Assembly: GCA_035291705.1 (NCBI GenBank)
Contig: DATDRM010000139.1
Coordinates: forward strand, 1-41,559
Origin: Anaerolineales bacterium
GTDB taxonomy: Bacteria; Chloroflexota; Anaerolineae; Anaerolineales; UBA4823
Direction of reading: 5' to 3'
DNA length: 41,559 bases
Below are positions 26,451-36,413 of this stretch, piece after piece (position 1 is the stretch's first letter; every line of letters starts with the position of its first letter). The notes beneath the pieces were generated by a model, which was not told where the DNA came from, ran no database searches, and saw nothing but the letters and a program-made list of their open reading frames with translations. A program made the translations under genes and the position numbers.

Positions 26451-27167
26451 CTAATTGACCGACGCGGGAGCTGCGCTCTGCGGTTCCATCGCTGGCTGGG
26501 AGGCAGTGGCTCTCAAGAAACCGACATACATGATCACAGCCCCCAGGAACTCACTAAGATAGAGCCAATCCGCCAATCCAGCCCTGATGAACGTGCCTCC
26601 CATAGCTGGCATCATTGCCCCGGCCGCGATCAAGATGTTACCGATCATCCGGTCTGCCAGGACATGCTTGCGCCAAAAAATGTAAGCCGAATAGATTGCT
26701 CCACCAACCAACGCAAGCGTCCCGTAGATATTCAGGATAATGGTCAAGAAAGTGATCGCTCCGCTGCGCACAAGGATCTCCTGGTATTGCGCGGAGGCCG
26801 GCTCGTTTAAGTTATACACCGCTGGCTCAACCGGCGCAACCAGGACCAGGGTTACGGCGATCACCGAGACGAGGACCAGGAGCGCAAAGAGGGTTGTCGC
26901 CACACCACTTTTGCGCACGAGCAGATGCAGCGTACCTTGACCAAGCCAGGCTGCAGTGAGCATAGCGCCTGTCAGGTACCAGATTTTGAGCGCCAGCGGG
27001 TGGAAGGTGAAGAGCATAATCGCCTCGGTCAAAGTGCCCAGACCGTAGAACACCAGGCCGATCCCCCATAAGAGTAAGTGGGTACCTTTCCGGCGGCGAT
27101 AGCGCTCGAACACAGCTACCGCAAAGAAAAAGGTCACAGCAGTGGAAAGGATAGAAATATAGTGCAT
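26451..27167 (-). CDS. Polytopic (about 7 TM) membrane protein of unknown function
   Basis: This is a 238-aa hydrophobic ORF with RBS GGAGG (AACGGAGGTTTCTATG on the reverse strand). Confidence 0.6.
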   Translation of the reverse strand: MHYISILSTAVTFFFAVAVFERYRRRKGTHLLLWGIGLVFYGLGTLTEAIMLFTFHPLALKIWYLTGAMLTAAWLGQGTLHLLVRKSGVATTLFALLVLVSVIAVTLVLVAPVEPAVYNLNEPASAQYQEILVRSGAITFLTIILNIYGTLALVGGAIYSAYIFWRKHVLADRMIGNILIAAGAMMPAMGGTFIRAGLADWLYLSEFLGAVIMYVGFLRATASQPAMEPQSAAPASVN

Positions 27168-27209
27168 AGAAACCTCCGTTCTCAGTAGTCGGCAATCCGT
27201 TGCTTGGGA

Positions 27210-27353
27210 TCAAGTTCCTGGGGTGAGGCCGAACAAGGACGCAAGAATAAGGATCATGGCCGCAACCAGGGCTAACACAAGGAAAATCAGCACCACCGGC
27301 ACCAGGTACTCAGACCATTTCGAGGGGGTGAAGCGTTTGCTGGGACGGCTCAC
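27210..27353 (-). CDS. Small (47-aa) single-TM protein; not in the ORF track
   Basis: GTG at 27353..27351 overlaps the TGA of the upstream MerR-like gene (GTGA). The product is VSRPSKRFTPSKWSEYLVPVVLIFLVLALVAAMILILASLFGLTPGT. This is my hand translation. Confidence 0.35.
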   Translation of the reverse strand: MSRPSKRFTPSKWSEYLVPVVLIFLVLALVAAMILILASLFGLTPGT

Positions 27354-27988
27354 CGGTTGCCTCGCTGGTAGGCATCATACGTCTCTAAGAGGGTGATCTG
27401 GATCTGATCCGTAAAGGCGTTGATCTTCCGAAACATCTCACTCCAGGCGCTCGAGGAGTGGAGCGCTGCCGATTCGTATAAGCTGAGCATCGAGTCAACC
27501 AGCACATTGCGAAAAAAAAGAAAGGCGCGTGACGCCTCAGCTGCGCTTAACCCATACCGCCAGCCTCTGGAAGCGTACTCATAACCCAGAGAACGCGCTT
27601 CAGATTCAGCCGCGTCATCATCGGTAGTCAGATAACCTATCAGGCCTTGGAGCATGGCCCGGCCACTGAGCCGGTATTGAGCGCGAGCCTCCTCATCCAG
27701 CTTTTGATACCATTCTTGCGAAGCGAGTCGCCCTTCACTGATCTGCAACCGGATGCTCTTCAGGGCCTTCTGCACAACCAGGTAGCTCCCACTTGCCCCA
27801 TCCCTCTGGCGGGACTGGATCCAAAGCTCGATCTCGTTGCGCTTATAACGGCGATGTCCCCCCTGGGTGCGATGCGTGGGCAGGTGGCCTTGATCTGACC
27901 AGCTGCGTACCGTACTGGGGTGCACTCCCAGCATCTGGGCTGCTTCGCTCAAATTCAACCACTCGCTGGACATATTACGAAGGCTCAC
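27350..27988 (-). CDS. MerR/excisionase-type HTH protein with an uncharacterised helical C-terminal domain
   Basis: The HTH is WLNLSEAAQMLGVHPSTVRSWSDQGHLPTHRTQGGHRRYKRNEIELW. The C-terminal 140 aa are helical with no recognised motif. The start is GTG 27988 (14-nt overlap with the MFS gene) or ATG 27973. Confidence 0.7.
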   Translation of the reverse strand: MSLRNMSSEWLNLSEAAQMLGVHPSTVRSWSDQGHLPTHRTQGGHRRYKRNEIELWIQSRQRDGASGSYLVVQKALKSIRLQISEGRLASQEWYQKLDEEARAQYRLSGRAMLQGLIGYLTTDDDAAESEARSLGYEYASRGWRYGLSAAEASRAFLFFRNVLVDSMLSLYESAALHSSSAWSEMFRKINAFTDQIQITLLETYDAYQRGNR

Positions 27989-29282
27989 TGGCCAAAGCGG
28001 CGCGTTCGATCAATGCCGATGGCTGCGTACTCTCGCGAAAGGCAGCCACGTCAATCCGGCGCAGCAACAGCAAAGAGACAAACAACAGGGCGGCTTCGAC
28101 TCCAAAAACTACTGCATACGCCAGGACTGGGTTTGTGAGGACTTGCATCAAGATATCGCGCACAGCCCCACCCAACACGGAACCCACCAGTCGGGAAACC
28201 GCGTTGGCCATCCCCCAGGCGCCGATAAAAAGCCCAACCTTGCCGGCTGTGGTCATATCTAACATCAAGGACAGGTTGGCGACCGTGGAAAGACCGGTGC
28301 CGAATCCAAGCAAGACGACGCCGGAGTAAAACACGCTCCGATTAACGACGACTCCACTCAGTGCGATCAATACAAATCCCAGTAACGCCCCCCAGCCTCC
28401 CCAGGTTGCCACAAGGCGTTTGCTAAAACGCCTTTCCAAAGCTCCAGCGACCAGCAGGGCCAGCAGCGTAAAACCGCCCCATATCGAAGTGATGCGCGTC
28501 GTCGCCTGGACCGGCAACGAAAAAGCTTCTCCGCCAAAAGGTTCTAAAAGGATATCTTGCCCTAAGAGGGCTGTCAATAAAATGATCAGGTAAACGAAGA
28601 ACAGGGACGCCTGCCGGTTTTCCAGAATAACAGCCAGGGACTCCCCCCACGAATAGCGTTCTTCACCTTTCGTCTCAGCCAAAGCCGTTCGCTTTTCGAG
28701 TTTTAGCAAACCGATGCTGCCCAGGACCAGCGCAGCCAAACCCACGATCCAGAAAGACCGCACCAGCGCCTGTGGGGTATAGGGATTGACCAGCTGGCTC
28801 AACAGGATAGCTGTGCAAATGATGCTAACAATCATCATAAACCACATGGTGGCGATCGTCTTCCCCCGGCCGCTTTCTCCCGACAGTTCTGAGGCCAGGG
28901 AAAGATAGGAGACCGTTGCAAAGTTAAAACCCATCCCCCAGGCGCCGAAAGCGAACACGCCAAAGGCTAAACCAACCCAGCGGTCATCTGCAATGACAAA
29001 GGCAGCCAGTGGGGAAAGCACTACACCCAGCACGCATAGGGCTAATCCAAACAGAATATAAGGCGTTCGTCGCCAACCCCACAAGGGATGCCGGTCGGCA
29101 AACGAACCAATGATCACCTGGATCGGCGAGAACAGATAGGGCAGAGAGGCCAGGAGCGCTACCAGGGTTGCAGAGAGGGCCAGTTCTTTGATCATCACGC
29201 GGTTAAGCGTGCTGTTGATCGGCACCAGGGTCATCGCCACGGCGACGTGGATCAGGCCCAATTGAATACGCTTGATTAACAT
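27975..29282 (-). CDS. MFS transporter of the BCD / PucC (LhaA) family
   Basis: The N-terminus is IQLGLIHVAVAMTLVPINSTLNRVMIKELALSATLVALLASLPYLFSPIQVIIGSFADRHPLWGWRRTPYILFG. It follows the characteristic PucC pattern (GTLNRVMI.EL......V..L..L.....P....G..SD.......RR.PYI). It has 12 TM helices. Confidence 0.75.
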   Translation of the reverse strand: MLIKRIQLGLIHVAVAMTLVPINSTLNRVMIKELALSATLVALLASLPYLFSPIQVIIGSFADRHPLWGWRRTPYILFGLALCVLGVVLSPLAAFVIADDRWVGLAFGVFAFGAWGMGFNFATVSYLSLASELSGESGRGKTIATMWFMMIVSIICTAILLSQLVNPYTPQALVRSFWIVGLAALVLGSIGLLKLEKRTALAETKGEERYSWGESLAVILENRQASLFFVYLIILLTALLGQDILLEPFGGEAFSLPVQATTRITSIWGGFTLLALLVAGALERRFSKRLVATWGGWGALLGFVLIALSGVVVNRSVFYSGVVLLGFGTGLSTVANLSLMLDMTTAGKVGLFIGAWGMANAVSRLVGSVLGGAVRDILMQVLTNPVLAYAVVFGVEAALLFVSLLLLRRIDVAAFRESTQPSALIERAALASEPS

Positions 29283-29401
29283 CTTATCTCCGGAAAACCG
29301 CTGAATTCTGCGTAAATTTATCAGAATATACCCCCTATCGTCAATATAGGTTTACGTAGATTTTATATTAAGAATGGTGAAGAACAAGCGTTATACCGGA
29401 A

Positions 29402-30829
29402 TTATTCAGACAGCAATGCGTGTTCGAGCGCCTGGCGCAGGGAGCGCGCTTCGACAATTTGGATGTCCTCCGGCCAGGGCTCGCCGCGCCGCAAACGACG
29501 CGGTACTACCGCTGTCTTAAAGCCCAATTTCGCCGCCTCGCGCAGCCGGGCCGGCATCTGTCCTACCATGCGCAGTTCGCCAGACAGGCCGAGTTCGCCG
29601 ATCAAGACGGTATCGGCGCGCACGGAGGCGTCGCGGTTAGAGGAAGCGATGGCGGCCGCGATCGCCAGATCGGCCGCCGGCTCGCTCACCTTAAGCCCGC
29701 CGACCACGTTGACAAACACATCTTGCTCGCCCAACCGCAGCCCAACCCGGCGGGTGAGTACCGCCACGGTCAGCAGCAGGCGGTTGAAGTCGACCCCATT
29801 GGGGGTGCGGCGAGCGATCCCGAACGAAGTTTGGCTGGTCAAACCCTGGATTTCTACCAGGAGCGGGCGGGTGCCCTCCATTGTTACCGCGATAGCCGAT
29901 CCGGGCGCGTTGACCATGCGCTCGGCCAGGAAGGCCTCGGACGGGTTAGAGACTTCGGCCATGCCGCGCTCGCTCATTTCGAACACCCCCACCTCGGAGG
30001 TAGCCCCGAAGCGGTTCTTGACCGAACGCAGTAAGCGATAGGATTGAAACCGGTCGCCCTCCAGGTAAAGCACCGTGTCCACGATGTGTTCGAGCACGCG
30101 CGGCCCGGCGATGGCGCCCTCTTTTGTGACGTGGCCGATTAGAAAAACAGAAACCCCTGAGGATTTGGCCAGTTCGCGCAGGCGAGAGGCACTTTCACGC
30201 ACCTGGGAGACCGAACCAGCTGATGACGACAGCTCGGGCAGGGTCGTGGTCTGGATTGAATCCACGATCAACAGGCGTGGCTGGATGGCAGAAATGTGCT
30301 CGAGGATCACATCCAGGTTAGTCTCGGTGACCAGGAAGAGATCGTCCGGCAGGGCTGCTCCTGCCAGGGCAGCTCCTGCCCCGGCAATCCCTGCTCCGCT
30401 ATCGCCGCGCAGCAGGCGCAAAGCGCGCATCTTGATCTGCCTTTCGGATTCTTCGCCGGAGACGTAGAGCACGCGCTCGTCACGCGCCATTTCCAGGGCG
30501 GTCTGTAACAACAAGGTGCTCTTGCCGATCCCCGGGTCGCCACCGATCAAGACAATTGAACCGGGCACCACACCTCCCCCCAGGACGCGGGCGAACTCTC
30601 CAATGGGCAGCGGCAGGCGCTCTTCGACGTCCTCACCGATCTCGGAGAGGCGGAGGGGCGCAGAGCCCCCTAACAGGCCGCGCCCGGCGCCCTTTGCCCT
30701 GGCTGCAGCCGGAGCGACTACCTCTTCCACCATGCTGTTCCAGGCGCCACATTGCGGGCAACGCCCCATATCGCGCGCCGACCTGCGCCCGCACTGCTGG
30801 CAGACGTATTGCGTGTGAGTCTTTGGCAT
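29402..30829 (-). CDS. radA: DNA repair protein RadA/Sms
   Basis: The zinc finger is YVCQQCG...CPQCGAWNS. Walker A is GGDPGIGKSTLLLQ. KNRFG and the Lon-like C-domain are present. A Gly/Ala-rich insert (GDSGAGIAGAGAALAGAALPDD) follows the QIK.RA.RL helix. Confidence 0.9.
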   Translation of the reverse strand: MPKTHTQYVCQQCGRRSARDMGRCPQCGAWNSMVEEVVAPAAARAKGAGRGLLGGSAPLRLSEIGEDVEERLPLPIGEFARVLGGGVVPGSIVLIGGDPGIGKSTLLLQTALEMARDERVLYVSGEESERQIKMRALRLLRGDSGAGIAGAGAALAGAALPDDLFLVTETNLDVILEHISAIQPRLLIVDSIQTTTLPELSSSAGSVSQVRESASRLRELAKSSGVSVFLIGHVTKEGAIAGPRVLEHIVDTVLYLEGDRFQSYRLLRSVKNRFGATSEVGVFEMSERGMAEVSNPSEAFLAERMVNAPGSAIAVTMEGTRPLLVEIQGLTSQTSFGIARRTPNGVDFNRLLLTVAVLTRRVGLRLGEQDVFVNVVGGLKVSEPAADLAIAAAIASSNRDASVRADTVLIGELGLSGELRMVGQMPARLREAAKLGFKTAVVPRRLRRGEPWPEDIQIVEARSLRQALEHALLSE

Positions 30830-30875
30830 ATAGGTATTATAATACCTTCATTAAAATGGATTTCTCTATCTCTTA

Positions 30876-30911
30876 ACAAAAAAGAGAACGCGAAGCACAT
30901 CATCGCGTTCT
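30876..30911 (-). terminator. Rho-independent terminator of clpC
   Basis: The reverse strand reads GAGAACGCGA-loop-TCGCGTTCTC followed by TTTTTTG. The stem occupies 30883..30892 and 30902..30911. Confidence 0.75.
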
Positions 30912-30936
30912 CCTTTGAATTAATACCCTTATCTGC

Positions 30937-33414
30937 CTAGTTCGCCGCTAACGCCTCCGGCTCGAGCGCCTTCTCTTCGCTGCGGTGCAGCTTGATCTCC
31001 CCATCTACCACATCTACAACCACAGTATCACCGTCCTCAAACTCCCCCGAGAGCAGGGCGTCTGAGAGGGCGTCTTCGACCTTCTGCTGGATAACACGCT
31101 TCAGGGGGCGAGCGCCCATTTCAGGGTCGTAGCCTAGATCCGCCAGTGTGTCCAGTGCAAGCGGGGTGGCATTGAGCACAATCGCATGCTCCTCCAGCCG
31201 TTCGCTGACCTTACGCAGCTCCAGTTGCACGATCTGCTTGATATTGTCCTTGTTCAAGGAACGGAACACGATCACCGCGTCGACCCGGTTGATAAATTCC
31301 GGGCGGAAGACGCGCTTGAGGGCGTCGAGCAACTTTTTACGCATCTCCTGATATGACAGGCGCTCTTCAACCTCTTCATCGCGTTTGAGGTCAAAGCCGA
31401 GCGAGGTCTGGCGTTTGATCATCTCGGCGCCGATATTGGAGGTCATCACGATCAGTGCATTGCGAAAATCGACCTTGCGCCCGCGGGCATCGGAGAGGTG
31501 GCCCTCTTCCATGATCTGGAGCAGCATGTTGTGCGCCTCTGGGTGGGCCTTTTCGATCTCGTCGAAGACCACGATGGAGTACGGCCGGCGGCGTAAGGCT
31601 TCGGTGAGCTGCCCTGCCTCCTCATAGCCAACATAACCGGGCGGTGCGCCCACCAGCCGGCTGACATTGTGCCGTTCCATGAATTCTGACATGTCCAGCT
31701 GGATAAGGGCTTCTTCGCTGCCGAACAGGAACTTGGCCAGGGCCTTGGTGAGTTCAGTCTTGCCAACTCCAGTCGGGCCAAGGAAAATAAAGGATCCAAT
31801 CGGCCGGCGCGGGTCCTTTAAACCCGCGCGTGCTCGCCGTACCGCCTTCGAGATGGCCTCGATCGCCTCTTCCTGGCCGATGATGTGCTCTTTCATCTCC
31901 TCCTCCATCTGGAGCAGGCGCTGTGACTCTTCCTGAGCGATCTGCATCACCGGCACTCCGGTCCACATGGAGACAACTTCAGCGATATCCTCGGCGGTCA
32001 CCACGGGGCTGGAGCTGCGGTCCCAGCCCGTACGCAGTCGCTCCAGCTGCCGTTCCAACCCTTCCTGGCGCTCCAGGATCTCCTGAGCGTCTTCATAACG
32101 CCCGTCTTCCAGGGCCAGGTTGTGGTTTTGGCGGATCTCGCGCAACTGGTCCACCAGGTCTTTGGCTGTTTTGGCCGCCGGACTTTTGTACATGCGTACG
32201 CGGGAAGAGGATTCATCGATCAAATCGATCGCCTTATCTGGCAGGAAGCGTTCGGTGACGTAGCGGGCCGAGAGGCGCACCGCTGCATCAAGGGCGTCAT
32301 CCGAAATTGTCAGGCGATGGTGCTCTTCATAGGCTGAGCGAATGCCGCGCAGGATCTCGATTGTCTCGTCGATATTGGGTTCATCGACCATAACTGGCTG
32401 GAAGCGGCGCTCCAGGGCGGCATCGCTCTCAATATGCTTGCGATATTCGTCCAGGGTGGTGGCGCCAATCACCTGCAGTTCACCACGCGAGAGAGCCGGC
32501 TTCAGGATATTGGCGGCGTCTACCGACGATCCCGCTGCGCCAGCGCCTACCAGCATGTGCACCTCATCAATGAAAAGGATGGCGCCGGCGGATTTAAGCT
32601 CGTCGATCACTCGCTTGAGCCGTTCCTCAAACTGCCCGCGATACATTGTACCGGCGACCAGGGAACCGACATCCAATTGCAAGACGCTTTTATCGAGTAG
32701 GGGAGCAGGGACATCACCTTCAATGATGCGCTGGGCCAGGCCTTCGACGATGGCTGTTTTGCCAACGCCCGGCTCCCCGATTAAGGCTGGATTATTCTTC
32801 GTACGGCGTGCCAGGATCTGAATGACCCGCTCGATCTCCATTTTCCGGCCGATAACCGGGTCAAGTTTGCCTTCCTCGGCGAGCGCAGTCAAGTCAACGG
32901 CTAGCTGGTCGACCATCGGAGTCTTGGGGCGCTGTTTTTCAGTATTGGCAGGTTTCCGCTCAACCCCACTGCGGCGAGAGGAACTGCTTTCCTGAAGGAC
33001 ACGCCGCGTCTGGCGGCGGATCTGATCGGGGGTCACACCCATTTTACGCAGCACATCCGTTGCAACGCCTTGGTTATAGCGCACCAACCCGAGCAGGATG
33101 TGCTCGGTGCCAATGTAGTGATGGCCCATCCGCCGCGCTTCATCCACTGCAAATTCGAGTACCTGCTGGGTGCCCGGCGAGAGATCTAGCTTGCCCCCTC
33201 GAAAACCACCGGTTCCAGCCAGGCGCTCGATGATCTCCTGAACACGGTCAGATTCTAATCCTAGCTCTCGCAACACCCGTCCGGCAACCCCGCCTTCCTC
33301 CCGAATTAAACCCAGGAGAAGGTGCTCTGTTCCAATGTAATTTTGGCGCATGCGCTCGGCTTCTTGATGAGCCAGGCTGAGCACCCTTCTCGCCCGTTGC
33401 GTAAAACGCTCCAT
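30937..33414 (-). CDS. clpC: ATP-dependent Clp protease ATP-binding subunit ClpC (class III stress AAA+ chaperone)
   Basis: It starts [36 protein letters not shown] (Clp_N repeats). It has two AAA+ modules (GEPGVGKTA and GPTGVGKTE) and a UVR-like middle region. The ORF is open to 33444, but homologs start at MERFT. Confidence 0.9.
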   Translation of the reverse strand: MERFTQRARRVLSLAHQEAERMRQNYIGTEHLLLGLIREEGGVAGRVLRELGLESDRVQEIIERLAGTGGFRGGKLDLSPGTQQVLEFAVDEARRMGHHYIGTEHILLGLVRYNQGVATDVLRKMGVTPDQIRRQTRRVLQESSSSRRSGVERKPANTEKQRPKTPMVDQLAVDLTALAEEGKLDPVIGRKMEIERVIQILARRTKNNPALIGEPGVGKTAIVEGLAQRIIEGDVPAPLLDKSVLQLDVGSLVAGTMYRGQFEERLKRVIDELKSAGAILFIDEVHMLVGAGAAGSSVDAANILKPALSRGELQVIGATTLDEYRKHIESDAALERRFQPVMVDEPNIDETIEILRGIRSAYEEHHRLTISDDALDAAVRLSARYVTERFLPDKAIDLIDESSSRVRMYKSPAAKTAKDLVDQLREIRQNHNLALEDGRYEDAQEILERQEGLERQLERLRTGWDRSSSPVVTAEDIAEVVSMWTGVPVMQIAQEESQRLLQMEEEMKEHIIGQEEAIEAISKAVRRARAGLKDPRRPIGSFIFLGPTGVGKTELTKALAKFLFGSEEALIQLDMSEFMERHNVSRLVGAPPGYVGYEEAGQLTEALRRRPYSIVVFDEIEKAHPEAHNMLLQIMEEGHLSDARGRKVDFRNALIVMTSNIGAEMIKRQTSLGFDLKRDEEVEERLSYQEMRKKLLDALKRVFRPEFINRVDAVIVFRSLNKDNIKQIVQLELRKVSERLEEHAIVLNATPLALDTLADLGYDPEMGARPLKRVIQQKVEDALSDALLSGEFEDGDTVVVDVVDGEIKLHRSEEKALEPEALAAN

Positions 33415-33660
33415 GCTAGACAAAGCATACCTCCTAAGCTTCACGTTCCCATTAGCAGTTAACCTGCCCCGATCAGGCTGTCAATACTTTCAGCCGGTCG
33501 CCTACATAATAAAATTGCCCGCATCTGCCACGGGCCATGAGAGCAAATGAATATGAGACTGTTAATCTAATTGGATTCTACCAGAGTTTGACTAACCTGC
33601 GTGGATTTCTGCCTCGGAAGTAATGCAAGTTAATAAAACTCTAAGGTACATCTTTGGTTA

Positions 33661-33694
33661 AATAAACAAGCGCACCAGCAGCTGGTGCGCCTGT
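33661..33694 (-). terminator. Rho-independent terminator of rpsA
   Basis: The reverse strand reads GGCGCACCAG-CTG-CTGGTGCGC followed by TTGTTTATT. Confidence 0.7.
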
Positions 33695-33707
33695 TCGATC
33701 AAAGGAA

Positions 33708-35201
33708 TTAATTATCGCTTTCAGAGCCAGATGGCGCTTCACCCATCTCTTCCGTATCAGCGCTTACCACTTCTTCCATCTCAGCCGGCGCTTCGACCAT
33801 CTCTTCCATCTCTACGCTTTCCACCGCCTCAGGTTCAGGCGGCACCTCACCCATCTCTGCGCTCGCCACCACTTCAGGCTCCAGAGGCGCTTCGCTCATC
33901 TCTTCTGCCTGTGCGTCTACCTCCACCTGGGCCATTTCGGTCAAAGTGGGTGCGGCTTCTTCGCCGTGAGCTTCTTCGACCACCTCGGCCAGGGTGGTCT
34001 TCCAATCCAGGTCGGCGTATGCGGGTGAGTCAACTTTCCGCAGGCTTAGTCCGATGCGATGCCGCTCCGGTTCGATTTTGATCACTCGCAAGGTGAGTAC
34101 ATCCCCTTCGTGGACGACCTCTTTGGGATGTGCCACGCGCTGCTCGCTGAGTTCCGAGATATGGATCAGGCCCTCCATCTCTTCACCCAAACGGGCAAAA
34201 GCGCCAAACTTGGTCAGGTGGGTGATCGTCCCCTCCACCAGCTGCCCCTCGCGGATATGCTCCGTCTTTTTGACCCAGGGGTCCTCCTGGAGTTGGCGAA
34301 TGGACAGGCCAATGCGCTTGCGCTCGCGATCGATTCCGATGACCTTTACCTTGACTTCCTGTCCAACGCGCAACACCTCCTTGGGATGTTCAATCCGCTC
34401 CCAGGAGATTTCCGAGAGGTGCACCAGGCCATCTGCTCCATCAATATTGACGAAGGCGCCAAATTCGGCCAGGCTGGTAACCCGGCCAAGACGAATATCG
34501 CCCTCGGCCAACTCATCCAGTAAGCGCTCCTTGAGCGTCTCGCGCGTCTCCTGCAGTGCAGCCCGCTCCGAGAGGATCAAGCGCCGTCGTTCGCGATCCA
34601 CTTCGATCACCACCACCGTGATTGGGTCATTGACCATCGCCCCCCAGCGTTGTTCGGGGGTGCTTCCGCTAGCGTCCAAGCGCCGAAGCACGCTGACTTG
34701 TGAGGCCGGTACAAAGCCACGCAACTGGCCCATGGGTACGATCAGGCCGCCTTTATTGAAACCAATGATCTTACCTTCGTAGGACTTTCCCGAAGCCAGC
34801 AAGGATTCGGCGAGTTGCCAGTCTTGCTCTTCGAGGGCGCGCACATAAGACAGCTGCACAACGCCATTGGGATCCTCTGGATTCACCACGTAGACCGGGA
34901 TCTCCTGGCCAACGGCAAACGCCGCCCGCGCGGCCGAGTCGACTTGATCCAACTCGCGTGCTGGAATGATGCCCTCTGATTTTGTACCGATGCTGACCAA
35001 AACTTCGTTTTCGCCGATGCTGGCGATCACCCCCGTGCGAATCTCGCCTTGCTGTGGGAAGTCCAAACCCAGGCCTTGTTCCTCGAGTAAAGTCTCCATC
35101 GAGGCCTGTTTTTCGGTCGCTGGTTCTTGGTTTTGTTCTTCTAACGGTTGCCCGCTCTCAGCGAAAGCCTCCTGCCCAGTGGGGGCATTATTCTGGTCCA
35201 T
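33708..35201 (-). CDS. rpsA: 30S ribosomal protein S1 (four S1 domains) with an acidic C-terminal extension
   Basis: It has repeated S1 OB-fold motifs (G.V....G..V..G....G.IP.SE). The 497-aa protein has N- and C-terminal Glu-rich extensions. Confidence 0.85.
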   Translation of the reverse strand: MDQNNAPTGQEAFAESGQPLEEQNQEPATEKQASMETLLEEQGLGLDFPQQGEIRTGVIASIGENEVLVSIGTKSEGIIPARELDQVDSAARAAFAVGQEIPVYVVNPEDPNGVVQLSYVRALEEQDWQLAESLLASGKSYEGKIIGFNKGGLIVPMGQLRGFVPASQVSVLRRLDASGSTPEQRWGAMVNDPITVVVIEVDRERRRLILSERAALQETRETLKERLLDELAEGDIRLGRVTSLAEFGAFVNIDGADGLVHLSEISWERIEHPKEVLRVGQEVKVKVIGIDRERKRIGLSIRQLQEDPWVKKTEHIREGQLVEGTITHLTKFGAFARLGEEMEGLIHISELSEQRVAHPKEVVHEGDVLTLRVIKIEPERHRIGLSLRKVDSPAYADLDWKTTLAEVVEEAHGEEAAPTLTEMAQVEVDAQAEEMSEAPLEPEVVASAEMGEVPPEPEAVESVEMEEMVEAPAEMEEVVSADTEEMGEAPSGSESDN

Positions 35202-35318
35202 ATATTTGAGTACTCCGGGTTGATTAATCTAGAATTACATTATAAAGGGTAAAAGATAACTTGGCAACCTTTGTGATAAGATTGGGCTCGGTTATAATGA
35301 GGCCGAAGAGGTCGACAG

Positions 35319-36413
35319 ATGCCACCCATCTATCCATTTACAGCCATCGTGGGCCAGGAGAGAATGAGGCGCGCCCTGGTCATGAACGCGGTTTCCCCGC
35401 GCATCGGCGGAGTGTTGATCCGCGGCGAGCGTGGGACCGCCAAATCAACCGCGGCGCGCGCCCTGGCGGCCTTGTTGCCCCACGTGCCAGTGGTTAAAGA
35501 CTGCCGTTTTGGTTGCGACCCCGACCGCCCCACCACCTGGTGCACAGAGTGCCGGGAGCGTTCCACCGGCGGCGATCCGCTGCCGGTAGAATTGAAGCCC
35601 ACGCCTTTCATTAACCTGCCCGTTTCGGCGACCGAAGACCGCGTCGTCGGGACACTCGACATCGAAAAGGCCATCCAGAAAGGCGAACGCCGCTTCGAAC
35701 CGGGCGTGCTCGCTGCCGCAAACCGCGGTATGCTCTACATCGACGAGGTCAACCTGCTGGACGATCACGTGGTGGATTTGTTGCTGGACTCGGCGGCGAT
35801 GGGCATGAACATCGTTGAACGCGAGGGCATCTCTTTCTCGCACCCTGCCCGCTTTATCCTGGTGGGCACGATGAACCCGGAGGAAGGCGACCTGCGCCCC
35901 CAGCTGCTCGACCGCTTCGCTTTGTCCGTCGAAATCCACGGCATTCGCGACGCCCGCGAGCGGGTCCTGATCATGGAACGCAACCTGGCCTTCGAGGCCG
36001 ATCCAGACGGCTTCCGCCACCAATGGCTGCCGCGCGAAGTAGACCTCTCACGCCAGATCGAACAGGCCCAGAAAATCCTCGAGGGAGTCACCTACACCCA
36101 GCGTGACCTGTTAGGGATTGCTGCTCTGACGGCCTCTCTGAACGTCGATGGCCATCGCTCCGACTTGGTGATCTTGAAAACCGCCCGCGCCCACGCAGCC
36201 TTCGAGGGGCGTACAGCCATCAGCGATCGGGATGTCGCCTTGGCGGCCGAGCTCGCCCTCCCCCACCGCATAAAACGCGGCCCATTCCAGCTGTCCGAAA
36301 TCACTATGGAAGACCTGCAAGAGCGCATCGATCAACTGCAGGGTGGGTCTTCGGCCGGCGAACCTGAGCCTGTGCCCGAAGAGCTCGAAACCATCGAAAA
36401 AAAAAAGGCGTAA
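35319..36413 (+). CDS. chlI: ChlI/BchI-type AAA+ chelatase subunit (Mg- or Co-chelatase medium subunit); zero-frame product
   Basis: Motifs are PFTAIVGQERMRRAL, Walker A GERGTAKST, MLYIDEVNLLDDHVVDLLLDSAAMGMNIVEREGISFSHPARFILVGTMNPEEGDLRPQLLDRF. A Cys4 insert (CRFGC-X9-CTEC) is present. The acidic tail EPEPVPEELETIEKKKA ends at TAA 36411..36413. Confidence 0.85.
   Translation: MPPIYPFTAIVGQERMRRALVMNAVSPRIGGVLIRGERGTAKSTAARALAALLPHVPVVKDCRFGCDPDRPTTWCTECRERSTGGDPLPVELKPTPFINLPVSATEDRVVGTLDIEKAIQKGERRFEPGVLAAANRGMLYIDEVNLLDDHVVDLLLDSAAMGMNIVEREGISFSHPARFILVGTMNPEEGDLRPQLLDRFALSVEIHGIRDARERVLIMERNLAFEADPDGFRHQWLPREVDLSRQIEQAQKILEGVTYTQRDLLGIAALTASLNVDGHRSDLVILKTARAHAAFEGRTAISDRDVALAAELALPHRIKRGPFQLSEITMEDLQERIDQLQGGSSAGEPEPVPEELETIEKKKA
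36401..36407 (+). promoter_or_regulatory. Candidate -1 ribosomal frameshift heptamer A_AAA_AAG inside an A10 run
   Basis: The zero frame reads GAA AAA AAA AAG GCG TAA. The As span 36397..36406. The -1 frame is open from 36368 to 37357. Confidence 0.5.
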
